Shown: positions 48,966-62,754 of the stretch, one piece after another
Position numbering within the stretch: position 1 is the first letter of the stretch
Layout: each line of letters opens with the position of its first letter
Origin: Candidatus Multivoradales bacterium
GTDB taxonomy: Bacteria; Acidobacteriota; Thermoanaerobaculia; Multivoradales; JAHEKO01
NCBI GenBank assembly: GCA_965223155.1
Contig: CBDCVR010000014.1
Location: 256,001-320,000, forward strand
Length of the DNA stretch: 64,000 nt
Direction: 5' to 3'
The notes under the pieces: generated by a model
What the model was told of the DNA's origin: nothing
Seen by the model: only the letters and a program-made list of their open reading frames with translations
Databases searched by the model: none
Program-made: the position numbers and the translations under genes

Positions 48966-51005
48966 TCAGCCGCCCGATCCGGTCAGACTCTCGTAGGGCG
49001 CGGTCAAGAAAAACTCCAGCGCGGCTTCCGCAAATGGATCGCTTGGACCGTCCCGCACCACACGGATCAGATCCGAGATGGCGTCGAAGGGACGATCCTC
49101 GAGTGCGGCTCCAACGGCCCGGCAAGGCCAGCTAGCTCCAGAGACCGCGTCCGCTTCCTCCTCCGGCGGCTGCCTGAGGATCGCCACCGCTCCGGCGCGG
49201 TCGCCAGCAGCAAGCCGGTCCAGTGCCGAGGAGCACGCGGTCGGCACCTCCGGAGACGACGCCGAGGATTCCGGGCGGGAGCGCAGACGCGCCAAGACCC
49301 CGGCCGGGTCCGTCTCGGGCCAGAGCTGGGCGAGCTCCCGATCGAATTCGAAGAAGCGAAATACGATGGGCCCTTCGAAGAGCTCGGTGCGCGGCACTGG
49401 TCTGCTGTGGTACCTGGCGTAGAGACCGTAGTTCGTCGCCCAGCTTTCGCCGGCGTCGCTTCGCCCCCAGGGATACCCAAGAAACGACCGCAGAGGATAG
49501 GCAAATCGGTCCGGGCTCGGACCGTACCGAAGCCCCACGGAACGCGGCCGGTAGAAGAGCCGAAAGCGCGGATCGCCGGCGAGCTGCCAGTCACCAGGGT
49601 ATTCGGGCTCGAAGGCGCCCGCCGAGTTGTACCAGAGGATGATGTCCGGCCGGCGGTCCAGAACGTAGCGACCGTGGCCACGACGGTGGCCGGAAGCGGC
49701 TCGGGCGTCGTAGGACCCGTGATGGGCGATCACGGCGTCGGTAAGGCCCAGCATGTCGAGGGTCGGAAGCTTCGAAAAATACGGAATGGCACCTGCCGTG
49801 TTGAGTGCGACGAGAGTGTCGGCTGGCTGGCTCGCAGCCAGCCAGCGGCCGACCCGTTCCCCCACTACCGTTAGCCGATCGCCGCTGAAAACCGCGTCGG
49901 CGTCGTAGGCGAGAGCGCTCGCCGCGGCCGACACCACTCCTAGAACCGCAAAGGCGGGCCCTACTCGCGCGGCCCTGGTCCCAACCACCCAGGCGTCGAC
50001 AATCCAGGTTGCAACGACCGCCAGTAGCGGAAGGATCGGAACGTAGAACCGATGAAGCGGCATATCGTCGCCGCCTATCAGGATCGTGTAGGCGACCCAG
50101 CCCGCGGCGGTGGCGCTCACTTCGAGAACTGGGATCCTGGCACCAGCGGGCCCCGGCACCCTGAACCGGCGGAGTCCGAGCACCAGACCCGCGGGTACAG
50201 CGAGCGCGAGCACCGGATGTGCCAGCAGCCAGGCTCCCAGGCCCGATAGCCCATGGAGCCACTCGGAAGCCTCGCCCTCGACCTTGGCGTAGAACGTGTT
50301 CGGAAACGGTCTCCCGTAGTAGCCCATCCGCCACCAGAAGAAGAGCCCAAAGGGAACGGCAAACGACAGGAGCGCTGGGAAATATCTCCGCAGCCCGGCG
50401 CCGGGCTGGCGCACCGCCAAATCCATTCCGGCGAAAGCCAGAATCGAGAGTCCGAAGACCAAAAGACCTTCCGGGCGGGTCATGGCGAGCACAGCGAAGG
50501 TCAGACCGGCAGCCACAATCGCAGCACGACTCCGGGAAGCGAGCAAGAAAACTCCCGTCGCCGTCAGGGCGGTGAAGAGCATCGTCTCCATCGGAACCAC
50601 CGACCAATAGGCGAAGCCGTGAAGCGGCAAGAGCAGCGTCAGCGGCAAAAACCTTCGCCAACCCCGGGTGTCCTCGTCGCCCGTCCCCGCCAGGAGCGAG
50701 GCAACGAAGACAGTCCAGATCGCGGCTCCGAGGGACAAGACCTTGAGCACCAGCACAGGATCCAGTCCCATCCGAATCGCTCCAGCGGCCAGTGCCACGA
50801 GCAGAAAGTTCGTGTAGCCCTCGACGACCTCGCCGGCATTGAACACCACACCGTTCCCCTCGACCCAGTTCTGGGCGTAGCGCAAGCTGATGAAGACGTC
50901 ATCGAGGACGTAGCCGAAGAAGCCGACGGCATATACGGCGAAGAAGACCGTGGCCAGGCCCGCGACAACCCAAACGCCCACGGCTACTCTCGACTCGGAT
51001 TGCAT
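48966..51005 (-). CDS. GT-C-type membrane glycosyltransferase-like protein
   Basis: [12 protein letters not shown]...[26 protein letters not shown] and LDMLGLTD; many TM helices. Confidence 0.75.
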   Translation of the reverse strand: MQSESRVAVGVWVVAGLATVFFAVYAVGFFGYVLDDVFISLRYAQNWVEGNGVVFNAGEVVEGYTNFLLVALAAGAIRMGLDPVLVLKVLSLGAAIWTVFVASLLAGTGDEDTRGWRRFLPLTLLLPLHGFAYWSVVPMETMLFTALTATGVFLLASRSRAAIVAAGLTFAVLAMTRPEGLLVFGLSILAFAGMDLAVRQPGAGLRRYFPALLSFAVPFGLFFWWRMGYYGRPFPNTFYAKVEGEASEWLHGLSGLGAWLLAHPVLALAVPAGLVLGLRRFRVPGPAGARIPVLEVSATAAGWVAYTILIGGDDMPLHRFYVPILPLLAVVATWIVDAWVVGTRAARVGPAFAVLGVVSAAASALAYDADAVFSGDRLTVVGERVGRWLAASQPADTLVALNTAGAIPYFSKLPTLDMLGLTDAVIAHHGSYDARAASGHRRGHGRYVLDRRPDIILWYNSAGAFEPEYPGDWQLAGDPRFRLFYRPRSVGLRYGPSPDRFAYPLRSFLGYPWGRSDAGESWATNYGLYARYHSRPVPRTELFEGPIVFRFFEFDRELAQLWPETDPAGVLARLRSRPESSASSPEVPTACSSALDRLAAGDRAGAVAILRQPPEEEADAVSGASWPCRAVGAALEDRPFDAISDLIRVVRDGPSDPFAEAALEFFLTAPYESLTGSGG

Positions 51006-51188
51006 CGCCCGCGAGCTTACAGGGACGCGCCTGTGCCTAGGAGCCGGTTTGTCGACCAGGACGAGACGCCTCCCGGCCCGACAAAGCGACGGATTCTCGA
51101 TTCGGTTCGATCAAGCGAACTCGCAGCGAACAGGAAGCCTGGTGAAGAGGCCTCCCGGCGCTGTTCACGAACGTCCGAATCGAGCCGA

Positions 51189-52028
51189 TCACGGCATGGG
51201 CGGCTGGGTGCGAGTCTCGGGGAGGGACGCCCGATCAGCACTCAGGAAGGCGAGGAGCTCCTCCCAAGCCAGCTTCCCGGCAGCCGGGTTGCGGCCAACG
51301 GTCATGCCCCCACCGATCGACAGGACCGCCGGCCCCTCCGTGAAGTCAAACCCATGCCGAGCGTCGGCATAGCGCCGCACCTCGACTCTGGCCTCGTCGG
51401 GCAGTTCGGCAAGAATCCGGTCACAGCTTTCGGGTGGCGTGACGTCGTCGGCCTCGCCGAGGAGCACCAGCACCGGGATAGCCGAGAACCATGGTCCGCG
51501 TGAGCCACACGCCGGATAGACGGCTACCGCTCCGGCCACGGCTGGGGCTTGCGCTCCCAGACCCTGCAGCCAGGCCAGGACTCCCGCTCCTCCGTGGGAC
51601 CAGCCAACGACGTAAAGCTTCGAGAGATCCACCTGAGAAAGCGTCGCGGCGAACTCCAAGGACGCGGCGATGTATTCGCCCACTCGCTCGTGCGAGATCT
51701 CACCGCTGCATGTGTTGGCAACCCCCTCGGCGGTCAAGTAGTCGATCAAGACAACGCCGAGACCGCTCTCGCGCAAACGCTCGGCCATGCGCGCGTAGTG
51801 TCGCCGAAAAAGCCGGTCGGCCTCGTCGCCCGGACGGCCCTCGTCGGTGGCCGGCCCCTGCAAAGAGACCCCACTGCAGCCCGGAATCGCCACGATGGTC
51901 GCAAACGGACCGTAACCCTCGGGGAACAAGGTGCGGTGATTGGCAGCAACATCGTCCGAAGTCGGCTGCGCCACCGCTGCGGCCGCGATCAGCACCAGAA
52001 GACCAAGACTTGCCCTCACGACCTTCAT
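51189..52028 (-). CDS. Exported dienelactone hydrolase-family alpha/beta hydrolase
   Basis: Signal peptide, GWSHGG nucleophile elbow, GEADDVTP and ARHGFD. Confidence 0.85.
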   Translation of the reverse strand: MKVVRASLGLLVLIAAAAVAQPTSDDVAANHRTLFPEGYGPFATIVAIPGCSGVSLQGPATDEGRPGDEADRLFRRHYARMAERLRESGLGVVLIDYLTAEGVANTCSGEISHERVGEYIAASLEFAATLSQVDLSKLYVVGWSHGGAGVLAWLQGLGAQAPAVAGAVAVYPACGSRGPWFSAIPVLVLLGEADDVTPPESCDRILAELPDEARVEVRRYADARHGFDFTEGPAVLSIGGGMTVGRNPAAGKLAWEELLAFLSADRASLPETRTQPPMP

Positions 52029-52191
52029 GTCCTGACTCCTACCACGATGGAGGCAAAGCAGCGCGGCCACGAGCGCTGGGGTCCTTGAGGTAACCAATGG
52101 GCGATCCATCTGCGAGCCTCCTCGTCTGGTCAGTCAGGTGGCGATCCTCGAGCGTGGCGTTCCTCCTGCAGAACCCTTGTTGCGTTGTCCG

Positions 52192-53688
52192 CTAGCCGCC
52201 GCCGGCGAAGCTTGGAGTCTCCGGAGCTTCGATGGTGGTCTCCCTCTTGGTGATTCCCCTCACGGTGATATGGAGCCAGATGAGACATACCATTGCCACG
52301 ACAAAGAAGAAGACCCAGGTCGTGGTCCAGAGCCCGATACCCTTGAGCAGATAGCCGAAGATGATGGGGCAGAAAAAGCCCCCGAGCCCGCCCAGAACCC
52401 CGACCATCCCTCCAACGACTCCGACCTCGGTGGGGAAATAGTCGGGGATGTACTTGTAGACCGCCGCCTTGCCGATTCCCATGGCGATCCCAATCACGAA
52501 CACCAGCGCGGTGAACACCCAGACGTTGGCCTGGAAGAAGATGTTGGTGACGCCCCTGGCGAGCAGTTGGCGCTTGATGACGGTTTGGCCGACCTCGACC
52601 GCCGGCACGTGCCAGGAACGGATGACCGGCAAGAGGTGGGTCTGGGACTCATCGATCTGCATCGCTTGCTCGGACTCGAGCTCGTAGGTGTCCTCTCCCA
52701 CTCGGATGCTGGTTTCGGACACCGCGGTCACGGTGCCGCTCTTGCGGGCCATGACCCCGCTTCCGGTCGACTCGATCTCCATCTTGGGAAAGAACAGCGC
52801 TGCGCAGCAGAGCGCGGTCGTCCCCAGAATCCAGTACATCACGGTGCGAGCGCCGACCCGATCCGACAGGTAGCCGCCCAGGGCGCGAATCACGCCGGAC
52901 GGCAACGAGAAGATCGAAGTCAGCAGGCCGGCGGTCACGATCGACATCGAGTAGACGTTCACGTAGTACGGCACGAGCCACTGGGCCAGGGCGACGAAGC
53001 CGCCGAAAACCAGGAAGTAGTACAGGCCGAATCGCCAGACGCGCACGTTGCTCAGCGGCCGCAGCATCTCCAGGAAGGTCCGCTGCGAGGCGGCCTCCGG
53101 CTTCCTGTTCCTGGTGAACAGGTAGAAGACGATCGCCATCACGACCAGCGTGGCGGCGTAGTAGACCGGAAGATCTCGCCAGCGCTCCAGGTCCTGGCCT
53201 CCGTTGGTGAGCTTCCTGAGAACCGCGGGCGCTCCCATGACGGTCAGCGCCGCCCCGGCGTTCCCGGCTCCGAAGATGCCCAGGGCCGTGCCCTGGTGCT
53301 CCTTGCGAAACCAGACCGACGAAAACGCGATGCCCACCGCGAACGAGGTTCCGGTGAGGCCGAAGCCCAGGCTCGCGAGCAGGTAGCCGGAATAGGAGTC
53401 AACGTGGCTCAGCAGGTACATCGGAACCGCGCACAGAAGCATCAGCGTCGCGTAGACCGGGCGGCCACCGAAGCGGTCGGTGAGCATGCCCAAGGGCAAT
53501 CTCATGATCGAGCCGGTCAGAACCGGGATACCGATCAGCGTACCCATCTGGGCCGCGTCCCACTCGAAAATCCCGTTCTCGACCAGGAAGGTCACCAGCA
53601 CGCCGTTGAGCATCCAACAGGCGAAGCAGACGGTGAAGGCGATCGTATTGAGAGCGAGTACCTGCCACGCCAGCCTCGTTTCTTTCAT
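52192..53688 (-). CDS. narK: NarK-family nitrate/nitrite MFS transporter
   Basis: FAVGIAFSSVWF...GTALGIFGAGNAG, FGGFVAL and GIGKAAVYKYIPDYFP. Confidence 0.9.
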   Translation of the reverse strand: MKETRLAWQVLALNTIAFTVCFACWMLNGVLVTFLVENGIFEWDAAQMGTLIGIPVLTGSIMRLPLGMLTDRFGGRPVYATLMLLCAVPMYLLSHVDSYSGYLLASLGFGLTGTSFAVGIAFSSVWFRKEHQGTALGIFGAGNAGAALTVMGAPAVLRKLTNGGQDLERWRDLPVYYAATLVVMAIVFYLFTRNRKPEAASQRTFLEMLRPLSNVRVWRFGLYYFLVFGGFVALAQWLVPYYVNVYSMSIVTAGLLTSIFSLPSGVIRALGGYLSDRVGARTVMYWILGTTALCCAALFFPKMEIESTGSGVMARKSGTVTAVSETSIRVGEDTYELESEQAMQIDESQTHLLPVIRSWHVPAVEVGQTVIKRQLLARGVTNIFFQANVWVFTALVFVIGIAMGIGKAAVYKYIPDYFPTEVGVVGGMVGVLGGLGGFFCPIIFGYLLKGIGLWTTTWVFFFVVAMVCLIWLHITVRGITKRETTIEAPETPSFAGGG

Positions 53689-53722
53689 AACGTAATCCGC
53701 TCGCTGGTTTCGCGACCCTCGG

Positions 53723-55360
53723 TCAGCACGAGATCTCCGCGTTCTTGCGGGCGTAGTACCACCAGTTGAGGGCCAGGCAAGTCGCGTAGTACCCGGCGAA
53801 ACCGTAGAGCGCGTTCTGGGGCGTGCCCGCCTGGATCTGGGTGGCGAAGATCTTGGGAATGAGGTAAGCGCCGTACGCCGCGATGGCCGACGTCCAGCCG
53901 AGCACGGGTCCGCGAACGTCTTTCGCGAAGATGACGCCGATCATTCGGAAAGTGGAACCGTTGCCGATGCCCGTGGTCGCGAACAGAACGATGAAGAGCA
54001 GCAGGAAGGCGGGAAAGTACGTCGTCGGCTCGGGCGACGCCATCGCGAGAGAGACGACGTAGCCGGCGCCGATCGTCGACGCGACCATGATGACCGTGTC
54101 CCACTGGGTGACGCGGGCACCTCCCAGCCGGTCCGACAGCCACCCACCCACGGGACGGATGAGCGCTCCCACGCCGGCACCGATCCAGATGAACGCCGCC
54201 GAGCTCAGGCCGGTCGGTTCACCCGCGTGCTCGCCTACGCGGATGACCCCGAACACGTCATCGATCAGTTTCGGAAAGGCGTTCGCGTAACCGATGAATG
54301 AACCGAAGGTCATGACGTAAAGGTAGGTCATGACCCAGTTGTGTTTGAGCTTGAAAATCCCGAACTGCTCCTGGAGGTTCTCGCGCGTCTCCTTTGACGT
54401 CAGATACCGCATGGCGGCCAGGGTGACGGCCACCGCCACGATGACGACGATGAAAGTCTTCAAGACCACCGGGAAGGCGCCCCAAGGCAGGATCAGCAGC
54501 GTGATGCCGGCGGCCGCGCCGACCAGCCCCAGGAGGGTGAGCCAGAGGTACTTGCCGACCGCGGCCGGCGTCGATCCACATTTGTGGAAGGGTAGGTTGT
54601 TCATGAACAGAAACGCCAGGACCACGAGCAGGGCGAGGATCGGCACCCAGACCAGACCGGCGTTCTGAATCCACAGCTGCTTGGCGACGCCATCGGCGGC
54701 GAACTCATAGGGATCGCCGCTCAGGGGTCCGAAGGCGCGGAACGTGATCACCCACGGGATCACGAACTGCATCACGCTCACTCCCAGGTTCCCGAGCCCG
54801 GCGTTCAGCCCCAGCGCAAGCCCCTGCTCGCGCTTCGGGAAGAAGAAGCTGATGTTGGACATCGACGATGCGAAAGCGCCGCCGCCGACGCCGGAAAGCG
54901 CCGCGAGCACGATGAAGACGAGAAACGGCGTCGTGGGGTCACGCAACGCCAGGCCCGTACTCAAGGCCGGCACGATGAGCAGCAGGCTGGTCATGAACTT
55001 CACGTTGCGCCCGCCACAGATCGCGATCATGAACGAGTTGGGGATGCGCAGAGTGGCTCCCGCCAGCCCCGCGACCGCTGGGAGCGTGAACAGCAACGCA
55101 CGGTATTCGAGCCCTTCGTAGGCCTGCCCGGCGTTCATGAAGGTGAAGTTGAAGAGCTCGCCGTCGGAAGCAAAATGGAGTTGCTGGATGTACTTGGCGA
55201 CCATGCCCCAGTAGATCCAGACGGCAAAACCCAGCAGCAGGTTGGGAATCGAGATCCAGAGGTTCCGACGAGCGACGGCCTTGCCCTCGCGATTCCAGAA
55301 GGCGTCGTCTTCGGGATCCCAGTAGTGGGGCCAGGACCGGTCGTGGTTGTCGGATTTCAT
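53723..55360 (-). CDS. narK: NarK-family nitrate/nitrite antiporter
   Basis: WDPEDDAFW, ARRNLWISIP, GGGAFASSMSNISFFFP, TFGSFIGY and GIGNGSTFRMI. Confidence 0.92.
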   Translation of the reverse strand: MKSDNHDRSWPHYWDPEDDAFWNREGKAVARRNLWISIPNLLLGFAVWIYWGMVAKYIQQLHFASDGELFNFTFMNAGQAYEGLEYRALLFTLPAVAGLAGATLRIPNSFMIAICGGRNVKFMTSLLLIVPALSTGLALRDPTTPFLVFIVLAALSGVGGGAFASSMSNISFFFPKREQGLALGLNAGLGNLGVSVMQFVIPWVITFRAFGPLSGDPYEFAADGVAKQLWIQNAGLVWVPILALLVVLAFLFMNNLPFHKCGSTPAAVGKYLWLTLLGLVGAAAGITLLILPWGAFPVVLKTFIVVIVAVAVTLAAMRYLTSKETRENLQEQFGIFKLKHNWVMTYLYVMTFGSFIGYANAFPKLIDDVFGVIRVGEHAGEPTGLSSAAFIWIGAGVGALIRPVGGWLSDRLGGARVTQWDTVIMVASTIGAGYVVSLAMASPEPTTYFPAFLLLFIVLFATTGIGNGSTFRMIGVIFAKDVRGPVLGWTSAIAAYGAYLIPKIFATQIQAGTPQNALYGFAGYYATCLALNWWYYARKNAEISC

Positions 55361-55475
55361 CTGTTCTCCCCGGGGTCCTCGTGTCGAGCTCGAGACCGGC
55401 CGACTTCGCGTCGCCAGGCTGCCGAAAGCCCCTCTACGATGGCTCGCGCGGCCGGCGGCGACGGGTCGCGCTCCA

Positions 55476-56204
55476 TCAGTTGTTGCTGGGCCGCGCCTTG
55501 CTCCAAGCTGTCCGCGGGTCACGGATCCGCTTGCGGTCCCAGTTCCACAGCACCTGCTGATAGGGCCGTGTGAAGTAGTGCAGCGGCGCGACCACGACGT
55601 GCACCAACCGGGTGAACGGGAACATGAACAGGATGAGAAACGCGCCGATGATGTGCAGCCGGACCAGAAGCGGCAGGGCGATGACCGCTTCGGCGTCGGG
55701 CGTCATGCCGACGAGGGACCAGAGGTAGGGCGACAGGTCCGCCGCGAACCAAGACGAGCCCCACCGATAGGCAACGGCGATCCAGCACCCGAGCACGACC
55801 TGAGCCAATAGCAGCGTCTCGATGACGGCGTCCATCGGGGTGGTGATCGCTCGGATGCGTGCGTTGGTGAAGCGCCGGAACATCAGCGCCAGGAGACTCG
55901 ACAGCACGCTCAATCCGAAAACGAAGGCCGTGACTTCCAGGATCAGAAGACGAACGGGAACGGCGTTCCAGGCGAGAATCGCCCGCGGAAACAAGAAGGC
56001 GACGAGATGGCCTGCGAACAGCACCAGCAGTCCGATGTGAAAGGGCACGCTGCCCCAGAAGAGTTTGTTCCCCTCGAGGAACTGTGAAGAGAGCGATGAC
56101 ACCGTGAACCCTCTCTTCCGGTACCGGTAGACCGTGCCGACCACGAAGACGACGACGGCCATGTACGGAAAGATGACGTAGAGGAAGGTGTCGAGCGTGT
56201 TCAT
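55476..56204 (-). CDS. narI: Respiratory nitrate reductase gamma subunit
   Basis: FPY, SSLSSQFLE, FHIG...GH and FPFTRLVH heme ligands. Confidence 0.95.
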   Translation of the reverse strand: MNTLDTFLYVIFPYMAVVVFVVGTVYRYRKRGFTVSSLSSQFLEGNKLFWGSVPFHIGLLVLFAGHLVAFLFPRAILAWNAVPVRLLILEVTAFVFGLSVLSSLLALMFRRFTNARIRAITTPMDAVIETLLLAQVVLGCWIAVAYRWGSSWFAADLSPYLWSLVGMTPDAEAVIALPLLVRLHIIGAFLILFMFPFTRLVHVVVAPLHYFTRPYQQVLWNWDRKRIRDPRTAWSKARPSNN

Positions 56205-56967
56205 GGGTTCCTCCTCACGAGTGCCGGGTGCCCGTGGAGCCGGGGCTCCGCCGCCGGCCGTGCCTGAGTAGCCGGGAGACCCTCGTTCGCTTCTATATCC
56301 AACTCCCGGTCGATGGAGCGTAGAAAGTCGCTCCGGGGCGCCGGCCGCTCGCGCTCGGCGAGACTGAAATCCGCTTCGAGCACAGCCACGACCGCCGCGA
56401 GCGCGTCGCGGAACATGGTGCCTCGCTCGGCGGAAGAGACGATCAGAGTCTTGAAGTGCTTCTCATAGAGCTTGTTGCGCTGCTCCATGCGGCGGCTGTC
56501 GAACTCCTCGATCATCCGCACCAGCGCCGGGTACAGGATCTCTTCGACCAACTCCACGACCAGCTCCTGGTCGGGCCACCGGGCGATCAGGCGCAGAACC
56601 TTGGGCAGGTGATCGGAGAGCTCGGTGCCGGCTTCGATGCCCGCTTCGCGCTGCTCGCGGTTCAGGTTGACCAGAAGCTCGCCGCGCTTGTAGTCGTCCC
56701 CGAACATGATGTAGCCGACGCTCAGAGTGGTGATCGACTGCACGTCGAAGGACCGCGTGAAAATCTCTTGCATCTCGTCGAGGTCTTCGCTGGAGAAACT
56801 CCCGGGTGCCCCCGGCAAGTCACTCGCGAAGCGGCCGAGCTTGTTCTCGGCCAGCGGGTAGCGGTTGCCAAGAGTGTCTCGGACCGCGCGGACCCGAGCC
56901 GGGTAGTCCCTTCCCGGATACTCGAAGAGCTCGGCGAGCAACTCGTAGTGAGCGAGTCTCGACACGC

Positions 56968-56971
<4 letters not shown>
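56201..56971 (-). CDS. narJ: Nitrate reductase chaperone (delta subunit)
   Basis: FEYP, FGDDYKRGELL and ELSDHLP; lies between narH and narI, with GTG overlapping the narH stop. Confidence 0.88.
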
Positions 56972-58521
<1,550 letters not shown>

Positions 58522-58557
58522 TTCAGCTCTCCCGTCCGTGGGGCGTCGTTGCGTTCG

Positions 58558-61500
58558 TCAAAACACCACCTCGTCCATCCGCTTGACGACGACGTGGGTG
58601 TCGCGGTTGGGAGCGATCGGCCCCCAGTAGTTGAAGCCGTAGGCGAACTGTCCGTAGCCTCCGGCGAGGAAATTGGGTTTGAGATGAATGCGAGTGAGGC
58701 TGTTGTGGCCGCCCGCCCGCTTGCCCCGGACCTGGGACTTCGGAATGCCCACCGTGCGCTCCGGTACGTGGTAGACGATGCACACGCCTTTGGGAATCCG
58801 CGCACTGACACAGGCGCGCGCGGCGTAGACACCGTGGTCGTTGATGACCTCGACCCAGTCGTTGTCCTCGATGCCCAGCTCCGACGCATCGGGCTCGCTC
58901 ATCCAGACCGGCTCGCAGCCTCGCGACAGGGTCAGCATCCGGTGGTTGTCGCCGTAGGTGGAATGGATGTGCCACTTGCCGTGGGGCGTCAGGCAATTGA
59001 GGATCCTCGCCTCGCCATCCTTCAGCGTCTGCTTGAGGTCGCCGTAGGCCTCGGGCTTGGGCGACGGCTTGTAGGTCGGCAGGTTCTCGCCGTAGGCCAG
59101 GTACATCTCGTGGTCGAGATAGAAGTGCTGGCGTCCGGTGAGCGTCCGCCAAGGCACCAGTGCCTCGACGTTGTAGGTGTAGGGGGCGTAGGCGCGCCCG
59201 TCGTGCATGAGGCCCGACCACAGCGGCGAGGTGTTGTACCGGCGCGGCTGGGCCTGCAGGTCCGCGTAGTTGATGCGTACGTCCTTGCTGCCCAGCCCGA
59301 GCTCGGCGAGCTCGAGTCCGGTCCGTTCCCCCGCGTCCTCGTAGGCACGCACATTGAGCACGCCGTTGGTCAGGGAAGACAGATGCAGCACAGCGTTGGC
59401 GGCCCACACGTCTTCCTTCAACGACGGCAAGACGTGGCCGTTGGTGCGCTCCACGGGGAAGTGGTTGGAGGAGATCATCTCGTCGTAGGCGTCGGCGCAG
59501 TGGTAGTGATTGCCGTGAGCGCCCAAGCCCGCGGTGCGAACTCGATCTCCCAGCGTGATGAACTTCTCGTAGAGCTTGGTGTAGTCACGGTCGACGACCG
59601 TGAGGCTGTGGGTCGTCTTGCCGGGCACCGGTTCGCACTCGCCCTGGTACCAGTCCTTGATGACCGACTGGGAGATCTCCCCGGGCGAATCGTGTGCGAT
59701 CGGCGCGGCGACGACGTCCTTTTGCGGCTCGGAGAAATACTGTGCCGCGGCTTCGCTCGTGACCCGGGCCAGCTCACGGAAGATCTCCCAATCCGTCTTC
59801 GACTCCCACACCGGCGCGATAGCGGCTGAGAGCGGATGGATGAAGGAGTGCAAGTCCGTGCTGTTGAGGTCCGCCTTTTCGTACCAGGAGGCCGCGGGCA
59901 GGACGATGTCGGAGTACAGCGCCGACGAGTCCATGCGGAAGTTCAGGTCGACGATGAGATCCATCTTGCCGACCGGCGCGATCTCGTGCCACTTGACCTC
60001 GCGGGTATGGTCCTCGGAGTCTTCGGCGATCGAGTTGTGGTGGGTGCCGAGGTAGTGCTTGAGTGCGTACTCGTGCCCCTTCATGCTGCCCATGATGGCG
60101 TTGCCGCGCCAGATGTACCAGACGCGCGGGAAGTTGTGCTCGGCTTCCGGATCGCTGACCGAGTACCGCAGCTCTCGGCTCTCGAGCTTGTTCATCACGT
60201 ACTGTTCGATGCCGGCGTCGTCGGTCGCGCCGTTGTCGACCGCCTCCCGGCATAGGTCCAAGGTGTTCTTGTCGAACTGCGGATAGAAGGGCATCCATCC
60301 CATGCGTACCGCCTTGTAGATCTGGTCGGCGGTGTGCTGTTGGGTGAGCTCGTTGTCGGGAACAGTGTTGTACTTGGAGAACTGTCCGTCGTAGCGGTAC
60401 TGGCAGGTGTTGATGTAGTGCCAGATGGGGGTCTGCTGCAGTCGAACCGCCGGCTGGTGGTCGCGGCCAAACGCGATTGTGCTCCAGGAGTCCATCGGCG
60501 CCAGCTTCTCCTGGCCGACGTAGTGGTTGAGGCCACCGCCGTTCTTGCCCACGCAGCCGGTGAGCATGAGGGCCATCGCCCCGGCCCTGTACATCAGGTT
60601 GGCGTGGTACCAATGATTGATGCCCGCCCCGATGATGATCATGCACTTGCCACCCGTGGCCTCGGCGGTGCTCGCCCACTCACGGGCGAACTGCAGCACG
60701 GTATCGGAGGCCACGCCGGTGAAGATCTCTTGCCAAGCCGGTGTGTAGGCGGCGTCCTTGTCGCCGTAGTCCTCCGGGTAGTCGCCCGGGAGGCCACGAT
60801 CGACGCCGTACTGCGCCATCGTCAGGTCGTAGACCGTCGTCACCGTGACCGGGCCTTCGGTCGTCTCGACCTGCATCACCGGGACCCCGCGGTAGGCCGT
60901 ACGGTCGAGCCCGAACTCGGTGAATGAGGTCTGGGCGACCTCGTCCGATCGCCCGAGCAGGGTCAGCACCGGGTCGTACGGCTGGTCGTCGACGACGCTC
61001 TCGAGCCGCATGTTCCAGTTGCCCTTCTTCTTGTCCCAGCGCGAGCCCGAGCTGCCTTTGGGAATTACGAACCGGCCGGTCTCAGCGTCGAGATTGACGA
61101 ACTTCCAGTCGCCGTTCGAGATGTCCGAATACTCGGCGAGCTCCGAGGCGCGCAACAGCCTTCCGGGCTTGTAGTGGTCGCCGTCTTTCTCGAGCTTCAC
61201 GAGATACGGGCTGTCCGTGTACCTCTTCGTGTAGTCGATGAAGTAGGGGGTTTGCTTTTCGTGATGGAACTCCTTGAGGATGACGTGGGTGGTCGCCATC
61301 CAGAACGCTCCGTCACTGCCGGCGTGCAGTGGCACCCACTGATCGGCGTACTTGCAGACCTGGCTGAAGTCCGGCGAAAAGACCACGGCCTTGGTGCCGT
61401 TGTGACGAGACTCGGCGAAGAAGTGGCAGTCGGGCGTGCGCGTCATGTTCAAGCACGCGCCCATGTCCGCGATCATCTTGGCGTTGTACCAATCGGCGCT

Positions 61501-62169
61501 CTCGCAGACGTCGGTCTGCTCTCCCCAGATCTCCGGAAAGGCGGTAGGCAGGTCGCAGTACCAGTCGTAGAAGCTCAGGTTGACGCCCCCGAAGAGCTGC
61601 AGAAAGCGCCCGCCGGCCGCGTAGCTGAGCATCGACATCGCCGGAATGGGGCTGAACCCGATCACCCGGTCAGGGCCGTATTCTTCGGCCGTGCTGATGT
61701 TGGCAACGGCCATGATCTCGAGAACCTCGTCCCAACTCGCCCGGCGGAACCCGCCCTTGCCGCGGGCCTGCTGGTAGGCCTTTCGGGCCTCCTTGTCTTC
61801 CTGCAGCGCCTTCCAGGCCTTCATCGGATCGCCGGTCTCGCGCTTCTTGGCGCGGAACGCGTCGATGAGGGCGCTGCGGATCAGCGGGTACTTGATCCGT
61901 AGGGGACTGTAGAGATACCACGAGTAGGAGATCCCGCGCTGGCAGCCGCGGGGCTCGTACGGGGGCAGCTGATCATCCAGTAGCGGGTAGTCGAGCTGCT
62001 GCGTCTCCCAGGTCACGATGCCGTCCTTGACGTGGATCTGCCAGGAGCAACCTCCCGTGCAGTTCACACCGTGGGTGCTGCGGACGACGCGATCGTGCTG
62101 GAAGCGGTTGCGGTAGAACTCCTCCCACTTCCTGGTCTGCGGCGAGATGATGTCTTTGATCCAACCCAT
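58558..62169 (-). CDS. narG: Respiratory nitrate reductase alpha subunit
   Basis: [39 protein letters not shown] and [10 protein letters not shown]; no Tat signal. Confidence 0.97.
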   Translation of the reverse strand: MGWIKDIISPQTRKWEEFYRNRFQHDRVVRSTHGVNCTGGCSWQIHVKDGIVTWETQQLDYPLLDDQLPPYEPRGCQRGISYSWYLYSPLRIKYPLIRSALIDAFRAKKRETGDPMKAWKALQEDKEARKAYQQARGKGGFRRASWDEVLEIMAVANISTAEEYGPDRVIGFSPIPAMSMLSYAAGGRFLQLFGGVNLSFYDWYCDLPTAFPEIWGEQTDVCESADWYNAKMIADMGACLNMTRTPDCHFFAESRHNGTKAVVFSPDFSQVCKYADQWVPLHAGSDGAFWMATTHVILKEFHHEKQTPYFIDYTKRYTDSPYLVKLEKDGDHYKPGRLLRASELAEYSDISNGDWKFVNLDAETGRFVIPKGSSGSRWDKKKGNWNMRLESVVDDQPYDPVLTLLGRSDEVAQTSFTEFGLDRTAYRGVPVMQVETTEGPVTVTTVYDLTMAQYGVDRGLPGDYPEDYGDKDAAYTPAWQEIFTGVASDTVLQFAREWASTAEATGGKCMIIIGAGINHWYHANLMYRAGAMALMLTGCVGKNGGGLNHYVGQEKLAPMDSWSTIAFGRDHQPAVRLQQTPIWHYINTCQYRYDGQFSKYNTVPDNELTQQHTADQIYKAVRMGWMPFYPQFDKNTLDLCREAVDNGATDDAGIEQYVMNKLESRELRYSVSDPEAEHNFPRVWYIWRGNAIMGSMKGHEYALKHYLGTHHNSIAEDSEDHTREVKWHEIAPVGKMDLIVDLNFRMDSSALYSDIVLPAASWYEKADLNSTDLHSFIHPLSAAIAPVWESKTDWEIFRELARVTSEAAAQYFSEPQKDVVAAPIAHDSPGEISQSVIKDWYQGECEPVPGKTTHSLTVVDRDYTKLYEKFITLGDRVRTAGLGAHGNHYHCADAYDEMISSNHFPVERTNGHVLPSLKEDVWAANAVLHLSSLTNGVLNVRAYEDAGERTGLELAELGLGSKDVRINYADLQAQPRRYNTSPLWSGLMHDGRAYAPYTYNVEALVPWRTLTGRQHFYLDHEMYLAYGENLPTYKPSPKPEAYGDLKQTLKDGEARILNCLTPHGKWHIHSTYGDNHRMLTLSRGCEPVWMSEPDASELGIEDNDWVEVINDHGVYAARACVSARIPKGVCIVYHVPERTVGIPKSQVRGKRAGGHNSLTRIHLKPNFLAGGYGQFAYGFNYWGPIAPNRDTHVVVKRMDEVVF

Positions 62170-62202
62170 GTGTCTTCTCTCGGCTTGGTTACGGTCGTGG
62201 AT

Positions 62203-62754
62203 TCAAGCGGATTTGATCTGTCGGTCGTAGATTTCCTGGTTCACCGAGTCCTTCTTGCGGCGGCTCCAGATCAGCGTGTAGAGACCCAGCAGGAGCGTCG
62301 AGCCCACGACCCCGGCGCCGAGCATCAAGGGACCGTAGGGTCGACCCCGGTGCCCGGCCTTCTCGGCGTCGGCGCGCTTCAGAAAGGCCACCAGGGCCGC
62401 GACCTCCGTCTTGGTGGGCGGCCGGTCCCGATAGGCCTGCTGCATCGCCGGGAACGGAGCCGTCTCGATCATGACGGCGATCGCCGACTCGCCCAGGCGT
62501 GAAACGGCGTCCGTGAGCTCGCGTGCCAGAGTCCCACCCCCGATGATCGAGTCGTCGGCCACCTCGTGGCAGGTATTGCACGCCGGGCCCCCGCCGGTGA
62601 GCCGCGTCGTGCCCTGGAAGAGCTCGCGGCCCAGAGCGACCTCTTCCTCGGTGATGGCGAGCACTTCCGGCGGCAGGGCCAGCCAGCCGGTGATGACGAT
62701 GCCCGCGACCGTTATGGCCGGGATGAGCGCGGCCCGCTTGGTGAGCTTTGGCAT
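62203..62754 (-). CDS. Membrane-anchored monoheme cytochrome c upstream of narG (NarC-like)
   Basis: N-terminal TM, GPACNTCH, FPAM axial Met and C-terminal TM. Confidence 0.8.
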   Translation of the reverse strand: MPKLTKRAALIPAITVAGIVITGWLALPPEVLAITEEEVALGRELFQGTTRLTGGGPACNTCHEVADDSIIGGGTLARELTDAVSRLGESAIAVMIETAPFPAMQQAYRDRPPTKTEVAALVAFLKRADAEKAGHRGRPYGPLMLGAGVVGSTLLLGLYTLIWSRRKKDSVNQEIYDRQIKSA

